64,000 bases of DNA. It comes from Pseudonocardiaceae bacterium (GTDB taxonomy: Bacteria > Actinomycetota > Actinomycetes > Mycobacteriales > Pseudonocardiaceae). Below the pieces are notes generated by a model. The model made no database searches and was not told the origin of the DNA. It saw only the letters and a program-made list of their open reading frames with translations. Positions 39,274 to 48,749 of this stretch are shown here, piece by piece; position 1 is the stretch's first letter, and every line of letters starts with the position of its first letter. The stretch lies in assembly GCA_050699815.1 (NCBI GenBank), contig JBOHFT010000001.1, forward strand, positions 3,850 through 67,849, given 5' to 3'. Made by a program: the position numbers and the translations under genes.

Positions 39274-39885
39274 TTAGAACTCCGGAGTGGCCGCCCTGTC
39301 CAGTTCGGTAATTACCCATTCTGCGACGCTGCAGTCCATCCGCTCGGCGGCATGCTGCCAGCGGTCAAGACGTTCCACCGGAACTTCGATCTTCAGAATT
39401 GTGGTCTTCGTTGCGCTTTCTTGGAGTGGTTTCGGCCGATTGGCAGAACGGGTAGCGCGAATCCGTCGACGCAGCTCATTGCGCGACCAATTAAATCGCT
39501 CAGCTCGGGTCAACCACTCGTCCTGCTCTGCCTCGGTAAGTGCCGCAACCTCGGCGTGGTGCCCGAAGCTCAGGCTGTCCCGCCGGCGGGACAGCCTGAA
39601 CTTTTTCGCGACCCATGCGTAGTTCCGCAGGGTTTGATAGTCCAGCGATGTGCCCGTGATAGCTTGCTCGTAACGATCTCCGAAATAGTTCTCACCGTAC
39701 GATAGCCAGTCTCCCACCCACCACGCACATGAGTTTGCGACTGCAAATACTTGTGATCCGATCTGGCGCCACACTTCGAAGGACAGCTCGCTGGGCAGGA
39801 CGAGCCCACTCCTCTGGGCGCGTACTCTCCAGTTAGCGCCGAGGTTCAGAATTGAACTCCCCGGTTCCCATCCCGCGGTTCCCAT
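39274..39885 (-). CDS. LmbU-family pathway regulator
   Basis: SFEVWRQIGSQVFAVANSCAWWVGDWLSYGENYFGDRYEQAITGTSLDYQTLRNYAWVAKKFRLSRRRDSLSFGHHAEVAALTEAEQDEWL matches the LmbU/NovE-type signature as I remember it. The ORF is open up to 40188, so the start is uncertain (39885 or 39969). Confidence 0.7.
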   Translation of the reverse strand: MGTAGWEPGSSILNLGANWRVRAQRSGLVLPSELSFEVWRQIGSQVFAVANSCAWWVGDWLSYGENYFGDRYEQAITGTSLDYQTLRNYAWVAKKFRLSRRRDSLSFGHHAEVAALTEAEQDEWLTRAERFNWSRNELRRRIRATRSANRPKPLQESATKTTILKIEVPVERLDRWQHAAERMDCSVAEWVITELDRAATPEF

Positions 39886-40676
39886 CCCGCTTGCACCGCC
39901 CGTGATTTCGCGCCTCGCAGCAGATCGTACGTCCTCGCCGCGCTCTAACTTCTCCCAGTGCTCACCGACTCTGTCACGGCACACACCGCCAAGGCCGCAA
40001 CAACCGTGTCCACCTACGAGGGCAGCAGGGCTCGATGGCGAGCAGAAGTGGCACAGCTGACTACCAGGCGGATCACCAAATCTGACAAATACTGAACTCG
40101 CGCGTTCAGGCGGATTGCCCAAAAATTGGACCCGTGTAAATGCATCACCACCCCAGCCCTTCGCTGCGTCGTGTTCAACCACGTCCACTCAAACATCGTT
40201 AAACGACGTCTCGGGCTCCCGGGCGGGTCACACGGCAACATCGCAAAAATACTGACCGGTTGGCCAGTACGGTACGACAAGGAAGCTAGCGCAAGACCGC
40301 AATCAACCCGTAATGTGCGCATGCTCTCACGTGGTGCCATGTCCCGGTGACGTGACAGTCCAGGTCATCGACAGCGAATGCGGAGGAGACATGGCACAGC
40401 CGGTCGTTGGTGCCCGACAGGATCTGCACTCCCCGCCCCGCTCCGGCGGACGGGCGCCGATGTCGGTGCGGGCGCTGATCGCCGATCGATCGCCGCGATC
40501 ACCGTGTCGTGGTCGGCCGAGGCTGGCGGTGCGAGGCGTATCACTCACCAGATCATCCCCAGTCCAAGGATCTGGGTGCCGCACCGTGCTGCGCGCACTT
40601 CGAGCTGGTCTGGACACCACTGGGGCGCGGTCGGTGGATCGCGCGGTGGCGCTAGACGCGGTCGCCGGCGGTGTCC

Positions 40677-41180
40677 CTACTGGCGGCGCTGGAGGATGAC
40701 CAGCGGGATTTGGCGGGTGATCTTGGCTTGAAGTCCGGCAAGGAAGGGATAGTTCTCCACGGCGTCCGCCCACAGCCGGTCGCGTTCCTGCCCCACCGCC
40801 ACATGGGCGGTGGCCGCCCAAGACTCGGCACCGACCTCCACAGTGACCTTGGGGTGTGCCACCAGGTTGTGCTACCAGTCAGGGTGGGTGGGTGCGCCCT
40901 GATCGGAAGCGAACACGATCAAGCGGTCACCGTCGGTGTGGTATATTCAGGGGGTTGACGCGAGGTTTGCCGCTTTTGGCTCCGATGCTGGTCAGCAACA
41001 GCAGCGGACCGCCAAACTGGCCGTCGACCTGTCCCGCGTTGGCGCGAAACTCGGCGATGACCGTCGGATTGAGATGACCGGTGCCTGCTCGACCAGGACG
41101 GGCTCGACGCCGCGGACGGGGAGGCCGGACGCGAGTGCGAGTCCGGCCAAGCCAGCCCCGATGATCAAAATACGGTTCAT
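40677..41180 (-). pseudogene. Fused debris: FAD-monooxygenase N-terminal 34 codons plus a DUF385/F420-dependent nitroreductase-family gene with a frameshift and an in-frame TAG
   Basis: MNRILIIGAGLAGLALASGLPVRGVEPVLVEQAP (GxGxxG), then NPTVIAEFRANAGQVDGQFGGPLLLLTSIGAKSGKPRVNPL / DGDRLIVFASDQGAPTHPDW*HNLVAHPKVTVEVG...ERDRLWADAVENYPFLAGLQAKITRQIPLVIL. The TAG is at 40872-74. Confidence 0.5.
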
Positions 41181-41282
41181 CGCCCATCACGTAGGAAAGT
41201 GAATACTGCGGTGGCCCGGCCGATGCCAGATCCATGAATTGATCGCGGCTTTGACGCCGCAGGTCGGGTGTTGCTGCAGATT

Positions 41283-42701
41283 TTACTTCGTACCGACGGC
41301 CATCGAGTCCGCACCCCCCAGGTGCTCGACGTAGCAGTCACGAAATCCGGCATCGGACAACCAACCAACGCAGTCCGCTCCCGTGCAATTGGAGCCCCCT
41401 AAGGTTAACAGCAGCATATGCAGGCTCATGAGCAGGCCGAAAGCGTCATGCTTGCGGTCGTCGTCAATAAGGCATTCGTAGACAACGACGGTCCCGCCGT
41501 CAGGCAGCGATTCGTAGGCCTTTCCCAGCAGCATCCGCCTGGTCTCCAAGTCCCAGTCGTGCAGCACATTCCCGAACACGATAACGTCGGCACTGGGTAG
41601 CGGGTCGGTAAAGAAACTGCCGCTCACGAACTTCATCCGGTCAGTGAGTCCGAACTGCTCCACTGTTTCGGCGAAGATCGGGCCGACTGGCGGTAGATCG
41701 AAGCCAATCCCGCTGAGGTGGGGATGGCGGCGCAGCACTCGGGACAACAACGATCCCTGTGCGCAGCCGACATCGGTGACGGTCGTGCGCTTCTCCCAGG
41801 GGAAACGCTCCGCAAGCGCGAGAACGGTGCCCAGAGTACCAGCGGCCATCGCCCGCAGGAACTTTCGCAGGTGTTCCGGCTGCGTGTACAGAACGTCGAA
41901 TAACTCAGTTTTGCTGACCGCCGCATCGTGTTGCGGCAACCCGGTCCGCAAGGCAGATTCCAGATTTCCCCACAATAAGTAATACTGACTATTAACACGC
42001 TTGAGCAAATCGCCCAAGTATTGTTCAGGATCCGATTCGTTTAATACTGCAGCGCTTATCGGCGTGTTACGGTACAAGCCGTTCTCTCGATCGAGTAATT
42101 TTAACGCAACCAGTGCATCGAAGAAATCTCGTGCGCTGCGATCGTGTAGACCAAGTTTTACCCGAAGGGTCTCCGCATCCAGTGGTTGCGCCGCCAGTTC
42201 GGTGAACACGCCGAGTTCCACCGCAACGAGGAGCGCCTTCGCATGCCAGAAGCCGTGCCCAAGCTGAAAAATATGCTCCTTCTGCGAGGGCATCCCTGCC
42301 TCGTTGGTTCCCAGCAGTGTTCGAATGCCAGCCGTGTCGTGGTAGTCTTCGAAATTGGTGGCTTTCCCATCGGCTAGTCGCCAGGAGTGGACAAACGGCA
42401 CCGTGCAGGCTTGTCCACTGTGCGCGACCCGCATGTGGTGCGTTCCGGTCACCATCACACGGTCACCTGATTCGACAAACTCTTGAGGTGCTGGCCGAAG
42501 TTCGCTGAAGATTCTGCGAGCTCGTGTCATAAAATCCCGAACCTGCTTGTGCCCTTTCTTGATTCCGCCGAGTCCATAGTCGTTCATCCCCTGGGGATGG
42601 GTCCACTCGATGGTGGGAGAGAACAGTTCCATTGCGGCGTCGATGTCGCCGCGGGCAAACGCGGCGTATGATTCGTGGATGATCTCAGTGTTAGTAGGCA
42701 C
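41283..42701 (-). CDS. Bifunctional NTF2/SnoaL-like domain fused to class I SAM-dependent O-methyltransferase (COMT type with dimerisation domain)
   Basis: 472 aa. Residues 1-130, [30 protein letters not shown]...SGDRVMVTGTHHMRV...[19 protein letters not shown], are SnoaL-like. The rest, [23 protein letters not shown]...VTDVGCAQGSLLSRVL...FGNVLHDWD, is an O-MT. Confidence 0.85.
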   Translation of the reverse strand: MPTNTEIIHESYAAFARGDIDAAMELFSPTIEWTHPQGMNDYGLGGIKKGHKQVRDFMTRARRIFSELRPAPQEFVESGDRVMVTGTHHMRVAHSGQACTVPFVHSWRLADGKATNFEDYHDTAGIRTLLGTNEAGMPSQKEHIFQLGHGFWHAKALLVAVELGVFTELAAQPLDAETLRVKLGLHDRSARDFFDALVALKLLDRENGLYRNTPISAAVLNESDPEQYLGDLLKRVNSQYYLLWGNLESALRTGLPQHDAAVSKTELFDVLYTQPEHLRKFLRAMAAGTLGTVLALAERFPWEKRTTVTDVGCAQGSLLSRVLRRHPHLSGIGFDLPPVGPIFAETVEQFGLTDRMKFVSGSFFTDPLPSADVIVFGNVLHDWDLETRRMLLGKAYESLPDGGTVVVYECLIDDDRKHDAFGLLMSLHMLLLTLGGSNCTGADCVGWLSDAGFRDCYVEHLGGADSMAVGTK

Positions 42702-42789
42702 GTTCTTCCTTTCCGTGGAAGGGCTGATCCGAAGGGAGCCAACGGTGACTGTTCAATGACGTTACCGCTGGACGTCCGCGTTTGGCCCG

Positions 42790-43722
42790 CTACGGACGGG
42801 TCGAGGCAGTGCTCACTAAGTCGGGTAGATGAACTTCTAGCGTCCTGCGAAGGCCGTCCCGCCAGCCCACCGTGCAGTTCCCTATAAGTGATTTTCGTAA
42901 GGTATTGTCAAACGCGTGTGTCTCTCGTGTCACGTCATTTTGCGCGTACGTGGCGACCGTGCCGCTGAGCTGTGCTAGGTAATTCATCGCATCCGTGATT
43001 CCAACGACATCGTCACCACCCCAATTCACGACACGTGCTGGCACCGTCGCCACATTCCACAGAAGTGGGACCTGCCGGGCGATGTCGTCAGTATGGATCG
43101 GGTTGCACAAATTCTGTCCAACCCGGGGAACCTCAATCGGCTGGCCGGCGAGAATTCTCCGCAAGAACAGTATCGGCACGCCCCCGTGACCATATGGCCC
43201 GTATGCGATGTTGAGCCGGGCGATCGTCGTAGGCAAAGACAGTGCCGTGGCCAGGGCACGCACCGCTCCCTCACTTGCAATCTTGCCGATCGGATAGGTG
43301 GGAAACCACAACGCCTGCCCGCTAAGCGCGTCCGTTTCGGTATAGCGGTGATCGAGGCCCTGATGTGCGTAGACCGCACCGGTCGAGACGAACAGGAACG
43401 CTTCAGCGCGCCGGCAGTGCATCATCAGCCTGCCGATCGCTCCACAATTGATGTCGACGGTCTCATCGAAGTCACTACCGTTTCCCCTGTGGCACGCCGA
43501 GTGCATGATATGCGTGAAGTCGTCCGGCACACCGTCGAGGCCCTCGGTTCCCATGTCCCAGCGCCAGGTCCGTATCCCGTGCGAGAGCAGTCCCTGTCGT
43601 GCCTGGGCGTCGCCGAACCGGCCCAGACACCAGACCTCGTTGTCTTTCGCAAGAGCTTCGGCCACCGGACGGGCAACCTGACCGGTGGCGCCAGTGATGA
43701 GAATTTTTTTTCCGGTAAGCAC
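42790..43722 (-). CDS. NAD(P)-dependent epimerase/dehydratase-type SDR (putative quinone/ketone reductase)
   Basis: 310 aa: [26 protein letters not shown] (Rossmann)...FVSTGAVYA...YPIGKIASE (YxxxK). Confidence 0.85.
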   Translation of the reverse strand: MLTGKKILITGATGQVARPVAEALAKDNEVWCLGRFGDAQARQGLLSHGIRTWRWDMGTEGLDGVPDDFTHIMHSACHRGNGSDFDETVDINCGAIGRLMMHCRRAEAFLFVSTGAVYAHQGLDHRYTETDALSGQALWFPTYPIGKIASEGAVRALATALSLPTTIARLNIAYGPYGHGGVPILFLRRILAGQPIEVPRVGQNLCNPIHTDDIARQVPLLWNVATVPARVVNWGGDDVVGITDAMNYLAQLSGTVATYAQNDVTRETHAFDNTLRKSLIGNCTVGWRDGLRRTLEVHLPDLVSTASTRP

Positions 43723-43791
43723 GGTTTCCTCTCCATTGCTAGTCGTCGGCGGTGGCCCGCCACTAGCCGGTCCGGTTGTCTGCGTCTGTGA

Positions 43792-46617
43792 TCAGTCGCA
43801 TCCCAACGCCCGGTCTAGTTCTTTCCGAAGGGTAGCTTGAAAACTTGCCACGTGTTGCGGGCCCATCAGCGTGTAGTGCTCTCCTGCGACGTCGATATAA
43901 CGGTTCGGACCGCGGGTGAAGTTGTCCCACTCCCTGAGCTGGTCCTTCAGCCAGGATTCTTTCGTACCATGGAGTGGAATGGCGTAGAATACACTGACCG
44001 ATTTCACGGTGCCCGAGGGTTCATAAGTGCGGCCGAGCTCCACCATCGACTGCGCGAGGTCCACCCATGCGGCGAATTTGGCAACATTGAGATCCAGCTC
44101 GGCAAGGCGTGCTTGTGAAGCCATACTGACGAGGTGCTCACACGTTTCATCCTTGGACAGGTTCTCGTTTCGCAGCAGTTTCGGCAGTTTCACCATCTGG
44201 TCTTTGGTGACCAGTGACAAGAAGAACGCCAGGTTCACCGCGCCCTCGACGAAGTCAAGTTCATGCATGCGGCTCTGTATATGCGGCGGAAGATTGAAGA
44301 TTCCCACGAACTCGACGCGCTCGCCGGCCGCCTCGAGAGCCTTGGCGATCTCAAACGCGACGACACCGCCGTAGGAATAACCTGCGACCGCGTACGGCCC
44401 ATTTGGCTGCTTGCTGCGAATGGCCTGCACATAGCACTGTACCATCTCGTCGAAGGTGCGGAAGTAATCTTCGTTGGCGCCAAAACCACGGGCCCGCAAT
44501 GCATAGAAAGGCCGTTCGTTGAGGAAGTATTTGGCAAGGTTAACAAAGACCAGGACTTCACCGACACCGGGATGGACGCAAAACAGTGGTGTCTTGGTGC
44601 CGGTCTGTTGAAGTGGTACAAGAGGGTCGTAGCAGGGGGATTCTTGACCGAGCGCGGCGAGCACGCCAGCCAGCTGTCGTACGGTGGGTGCCCGCAGTAG
44701 CGCGACGACGGGCAGGTCAACGATACTGAAACGGGATTCGACCTCCTTCTTCAGTCGCAGTATTTCCAGAGATGTCCCCCCGAGGTCGAAGAAGCTGGCA
44801 GTGGCGCTCACCGCCGCCGGCTCCAGGTCAAACATCCCGGCGTAAATCTCGGCCAGCGACACCTCGGCGGAGCCATTGGGCGCACTGTACCCGCCGATCT
44901 GACGCAGCGTCAGATCGGCCACTGATTGAACACAATCAGCGAAATCGCCTGCCTCGAGTCTTCTGCGCAGCACGGATCTCTGGATCTTCCCGAGGCTGGT
45001 CTTAGGTATTTCGGACTTGGGCAGCGGCAAGATGAGGGCTGGCCGGAATCCCCAATGCATCACCACGGTACTACGGATCGCAACAAGTAATCGATGCAAG
45101 TCGGCTTCACCTTCGAAACTGGGGCTGGGAACGACAGTGATGACCAGCTCCTCGGTGTCGCTGCCGACGGGTCGGGTGGGAAAGGCCGCGACATAGGACT
45201 TCTCCACGCCGTCAAGCTGCTCAAGGGCGGTCTCGATGTCGTGGCTGAAGTAGTTGACTCCATTGACGATGATACTGTCCTTGCTTCGCCCCGTGAGGGT
45301 GAGCCGCCCATTGTCAAGGAAACCTCGATCACCGGTACGGAACCAACCGTCAGCCGTGAACGCGTCCGCGGTTGCCCGGTAGTTGTTGAAGTAACCGCTC
45401 GTGACCATAGGTCCACGCAGCTGGACCTCACCAGTCCGATGGTCCGTCAGTGGCACGCCGTTGCCACCGACGATGCGGATCTCCAAGCCGTCTACCGGCA
45501 GCCCTACCGAGGCGAATTCTCCTTCTGATTCGGTGTCAGGAAACTCCCGCGAAAAGATGCTTCCAGCGCAAGTCTCAGTCATTCCGAACGCCGGAACAAT
45601 CACGTTTTGGCGCAGCCCGAAATCCTTGAGAAGTTCAAGGTAGCGCCGTGCTGTTGCGCACACAACGGCTTCGCCGCCTGAGATGATGTACCGGACTGAC
45701 CCGAGGTCCACCGAGAAACCATCCGGCTGTTCATCGAGCGCCGCGTTGATCTGACCGAGCAGGAAGTTCGGCGTGAATGTGAGACCGACCTGGTAAGCCT
45801 CGATCAGCCGAAGAAAACGGAGGGGCTCGGTGAGGATGACCTCAGGTTTGATCTGGACCTGCGTTGCTCCGATCGCCAGCGGCAACAGATGTCCCTCGAT
45901 TGCGGCGATGTGGTCGAAAGATATCCAGTTCATCGTTTTCTCGCCGAAAGCAAGTTCTAGCCGATCGGTCTTGCCGGCCAAGGCGGAGAGGAGGTTGCCG
46001 TGGCTAAGCATCACAGCCTTGGAGTTTCCGGTAGAGCCAGACGTGAGCATGAGTAGGGCCAGATCGCTCAGGTAGGCATCGTGAATGCGTGACTCAGGTT
46101 CGCTGTCCGATAGCTCGTCAAAAATCGTTACCTTCGCATGCTCGAAGGTAGGCATCTCGGCATTGATGTCGGTCGTGGTCAGCCACAGGGGGCTGTCCAG
46201 TACGTCGTTGACGTGTCTGAGTTGGGCGGCCCAGCGAGTTGTGTCGACCCTTATGGGTAACAGCGGGCAGGGTACGTAGCCGCCGAGCACGCAAGCCCAA
46301 AAAGCAGGTATGAACTCGGTGGATCGTTCCAGCAGGAGCACGATATTCGTCCCGGTCGGCAGCTTTCGTGCGCGCAGTCCGCCCAACACTCGGCGGGCCA
46401 AGTCCAAGACCGACCCGTAGTCCTGGAAAACGGAATCGCCGATCACGTCGCCGTCCAGGTAGTGAACACCGGCGTTCGGCGCAATGTCGGCGGCATGGAA
46501 GAGTAGATCGGCTATGCTCTTAAACTCGCCTATCCGTTTCGACCAGGTGATGTCCGTGTCAGCGGCGAGTTCGCCGAATTTCTGCACGTGACTCTGCTGC
46601 GCCGTAGAAGTATCCAT
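43792..46617 (-). CDS. NRPS-like A-T-TE synthetase (aryl-alpha-keto-acid dimerising, terphenylquinone/furanone-synthetase type)
   Basis: In the frame of ORF 43792..47079. ATG at 46617 follows GGAGA. A-domain motifs: LMLTSGSTGNSKAV, WFRTGDRG, GRSKDSIIVNGVNYFSHDIE, PKTSLGKIQR. Carrier: FFDLGGTSLEILRL. Thioesterase: AGYSYGGVVAFEIA. No C domain. Confidence 0.9.
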   Translation of the reverse strand: MDTSTAQQSHVQKFGELAADTDITWSKRIGEFKSIADLLFHAADIAPNAGVHYLDGDVIGDSVFQDYGSVLDLARRVLGGLRARKLPTGTNIVLLLERSTEFIPAFWACVLGGYVPCPLLPIRVDTTRWAAQLRHVNDVLDSPLWLTTTDINAEMPTFEHAKVTIFDELSDSEPESRIHDAYLSDLALLMLTSGSTGNSKAVMLSHGNLLSALAGKTDRLELAFGEKTMNWISFDHIAAIEGHLLPLAIGATQVQIKPEVILTEPLRFLRLIEAYQVGLTFTPNFLLGQINAALDEQPDGFSVDLGSVRYIISGGEAVVCATARRYLELLKDFGLRQNVIVPAFGMTETCAGSIFSREFPDTESEGEFASVGLPVDGLEIRIVGGNGVPLTDHRTGEVQLRGPMVTSGYFNNYRATADAFTADGWFRTGDRGFLDNGRLTLTGRSKDSIIVNGVNYFSHDIETALEQLDGVEKSYVAAFPTRPVGSDTEELVITVVPSPSFEGEADLHRLLVAIRSTVVMHWGFRPALILPLPKSEIPKTSLGKIQRSVLRRRLEAGDFADCVQSVADLTLRQIGGYSAPNGSAEVSLAEIYAGMFDLEPAAVSATASFFDLGGTSLEILRLKKEVESRFSIVDLPVVALLRAPTVRQLAGVLAALGQESPCYDPLVPLQQTGTKTPLFCVHPGVGEVLVFVNLAKYFLNERPFYALRARGFGANEDYFRTFDEMVQCYVQAIRSKQPNGPYAVAGYSYGGVVAFEIAKALEAAGERVEFVGIFNLPPHIQSRMHELDFVEGAVNLAFFLSLVTKDQMVKLPKLLRNENLSKDETCEHLVSMASQARLAELDLNVAKFAAWVDLAQSMVELGRTYEPSGTVKSVSVFYAIPLHGTKESWLKDQLREWDNFTRGPNRYIDVAGEHYTLMGPQHVASFQATLRKELDRALGCD

Positions 46618-46759
46618 TGATTCTCCTAGAGGAGTTTGTGAACTGCCGGCCGGGACGTGTCCATTCATTGGTCTGGCTGAGCTGGGGTGTTTATGACCCG
46701 TCCATCGCGGACACGATCCTCTGCCCGCGCCACGGCCCATGTGCTGGGGCGTGATTCGG

Positions 46760-48016
46760 CTAAACGGCAGGAGATAAGTTAACAAAAGCGTCGGGGACGG
46801 AATCCATGACCGGGCACCTGATCTGGACGCCGGAGATGAGGATAATGAAGTCATCACGAGCCTTGAAGTGCTCATTCGGGTCGACCAGTTTGCGAGCCTT
46901 TTCGAAGTACTCCACAACTTTCCTGCTCGGGTCGTAGAAGAAACGCACAAACGAGACCACGTTGTTGAGGAAAGCGCGGTATCCGTCCTCGTACGATTGA
47001 CGAATCGAGGCATCCAGGTCCGGCTTGTCGAGAATTTGGTTGATAGCGCTCGCTGCTGACGAGGCACTTGCCATGGCAAGCACGACGCCAGTGGAGAACA
47101 ACGGGTCGATGAACGCCGCCGCGTCGCCGACCTGTACGAAGCCGGGACCGCTCATCCGTTCGCAGGTATAGGACCAGTCCTTGGCCGTGCGAACCTGGGA
47201 CACCTCAACGGCACCGGTCAACAGGCGCTTGATCTCCTGTGACTCGTCGATGCGCTGGTAGAGCATTGCTGCGGGCTTCACGCCGGATGCGGCGTACTCC
47301 TTGATTGGCGCGACGTACCCGACGCTGCATGTATTGTCGCTGAATGGGATCAGCCAGAACCAGCCTGGTGGCCTGTTTTCGATCACAACGTTGCCGGCCT
47401 TCTGCCCGGGATAGCGGATACCGCCTTGGAAGTATGTCCAGGCGGCCAGATTCTTCAGGTCTGAGTGCCAGCTGACTGTGTCGAAGCGCCGACCCATGAG
47501 CTTGGCTTGACCGGAGGCATCAACGATGAACGGAGCGTGAACGTCGATCACGTCATCGGAGTGAACCGGGCTGTAGCGTACACCTGTGCAGCGGTCGCCC
47601 TCGAACAGGGCCTCGCGGACGTTCGCTTCCTCGATCACAGTTGTGCCCAGCCGTCGCGTATGAGTCAGCAGCAAGTTGTCGAACTCGGCCCGCTTGACCT
47701 CATAGGCGTAGTGGTACGGAGCCCCATCAACCTCATCGAAACGAACGTCCCACGGTTCTGGGTTTGCCCCCCAGAGCAGCGATACTCCATACTTCCTGAT
47801 CGCACCAAGTTCCTCCAAGACCTGAGTGGCGCCGAGTTGCTCGATGACCGGCATGATGCCCGGAAGGAGGGATTCGCCAATGTGGTATCGGGGAAATTTC
47901 TCCTTCTCTAGCAAGAGTACGCGTCGTCCCCATTTGGACAAGAGCCCCGACACTGTGCTGCCGGCGGGGCCTCCGCCAACGACGATGACATCATATTGAT
48001 CACGTTGATCATGCAC
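46760..48016 (-). CDS. Flavin-dependent halogenase
   Basis: In the frame of ORF 46760..48142. GTG at 48016 lies 7 nt after AGGAGG. Motifs: YDVIVVGGGPAGS (GxGxxG), PPGWFWLIPF (WxWxIP) and VGDAAAFIDPLFSTGV. Confidence 0.85.
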   Translation of the reverse strand: MHDQRDQYDVIVVGGGPAGSTVSGLLSKWGRRVLLLEKEKFPRYHIGESLLPGIMPVIEQLGATQVLEELGAIRKYGVSLLWGANPEPWDVRFDEVDGAPYHYAYEVKRAEFDNLLLTHTRRLGTTVIEEANVREALFEGDRCTGVRYSPVHSDDVIDVHAPFIVDASGQAKLMGRRFDTVSWHSDLKNLAAWTYFQGGIRYPGQKAGNVVIENRPPGWFWLIPFSDNTCSVGYVAPIKEYAASGVKPAAMLYQRIDESQEIKRLLTGAVEVSQVRTAKDWSYTCERMSGPGFVQVGDAAAFIDPLFSTGVVLAMASASSAASAINQILDKPDLDASIRQSYEDGYRAFLNNVVSFVRFFYDPSRKVVEYFEKARKLVDPNEHFKARDDFIILISGVQIRCPVMDSVPDAFVNLSPAV

Positions 48017-48667
48017 TGAGTGGCCTCCTATTTTTTCTTTTTCCCCTGCGCACCACCCCCGACATTCGGTCGGTGGTTGTCGGTTGTCGTTGCGCCCGCT
48101 GGTGGTAGTGGTAAGAGCACCGGTGGCCCGGTTGGTTGCCACTCTTAATCTGACGCCATCCCCGGGTGCCTGTCAACGACCCGCACGACATCTTCGGGTC
48201 GATTCCAGCGCAGTGCCAGGGGATAGTGTGCACGCTTCCGGGGTTCGGTCAGATCCCCCAGCAGCTTGCGACCTTCCAAATAAGGGTTGCTGTCCCCTCA
48301 GGTAGGGGGCGCTAGAGGTTGCCAGCACTGTACGCTGCTGGATGACCGGGGACAGGTTCGTGGGAGCGAGCGGGAGAAAGCGCACTAGATGCGCAGGTGG
48401 GGGACAGGAAGACGTGCGTCGGAGCTGGTGAAGTGCCGAAACGGTGGCATGCCGACAGGCCACGTCGTACCCACATCTGGCCGCCGAGACCGACAGGTCG
48501 ATATTCCGGCTAGCGTTTACGCGACGTCGCCAGCCACGATGCACGAGCGCTACGAACGCGCGGGACCGCTCGGCCGATCCGGCCGCGGCGTGCCGTCGGG
48601 GCTGAAATCGTTAAGCGCCAGGCTGATGCCGGCCGCGCCGCCCGCCCTTCAGTGGCCCGGTCCGACT

Positions 48668-48713
48668 TTGCTGACGCGACAGCATCAGGCATATAATGTT
48701 GACGTGTCAGCAA
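48668..48713 (+). promoter_or_regulatory. Candidate sigma70-type promoter with embedded inverted repeat (possible MarR operator) for yceI-marR
   Basis: TTGCTG (48668-73), an 18-nt spacer, then TATAAT (48692-97). The inverted repeat TTGCTGAC (48668-75) / GTCAGCAA (48706-13) brackets the -10. Confidence 0.45.
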
Positions 48714-48749
48714 CTCGCTGGCTCGACACCACCCGAAGGAGCACTCACC

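Noticed and set aside
40189-40676. GC-rich ORFs 40313..40699, 40378..40731 and 40327..40821 between the LmbU-like gene and the DUF385 remnant.
   Set aside because: They overlap one another in different frames, have Arg/Gly/Pro-rich translations and show no recognisable motif. The region is left unannotated.
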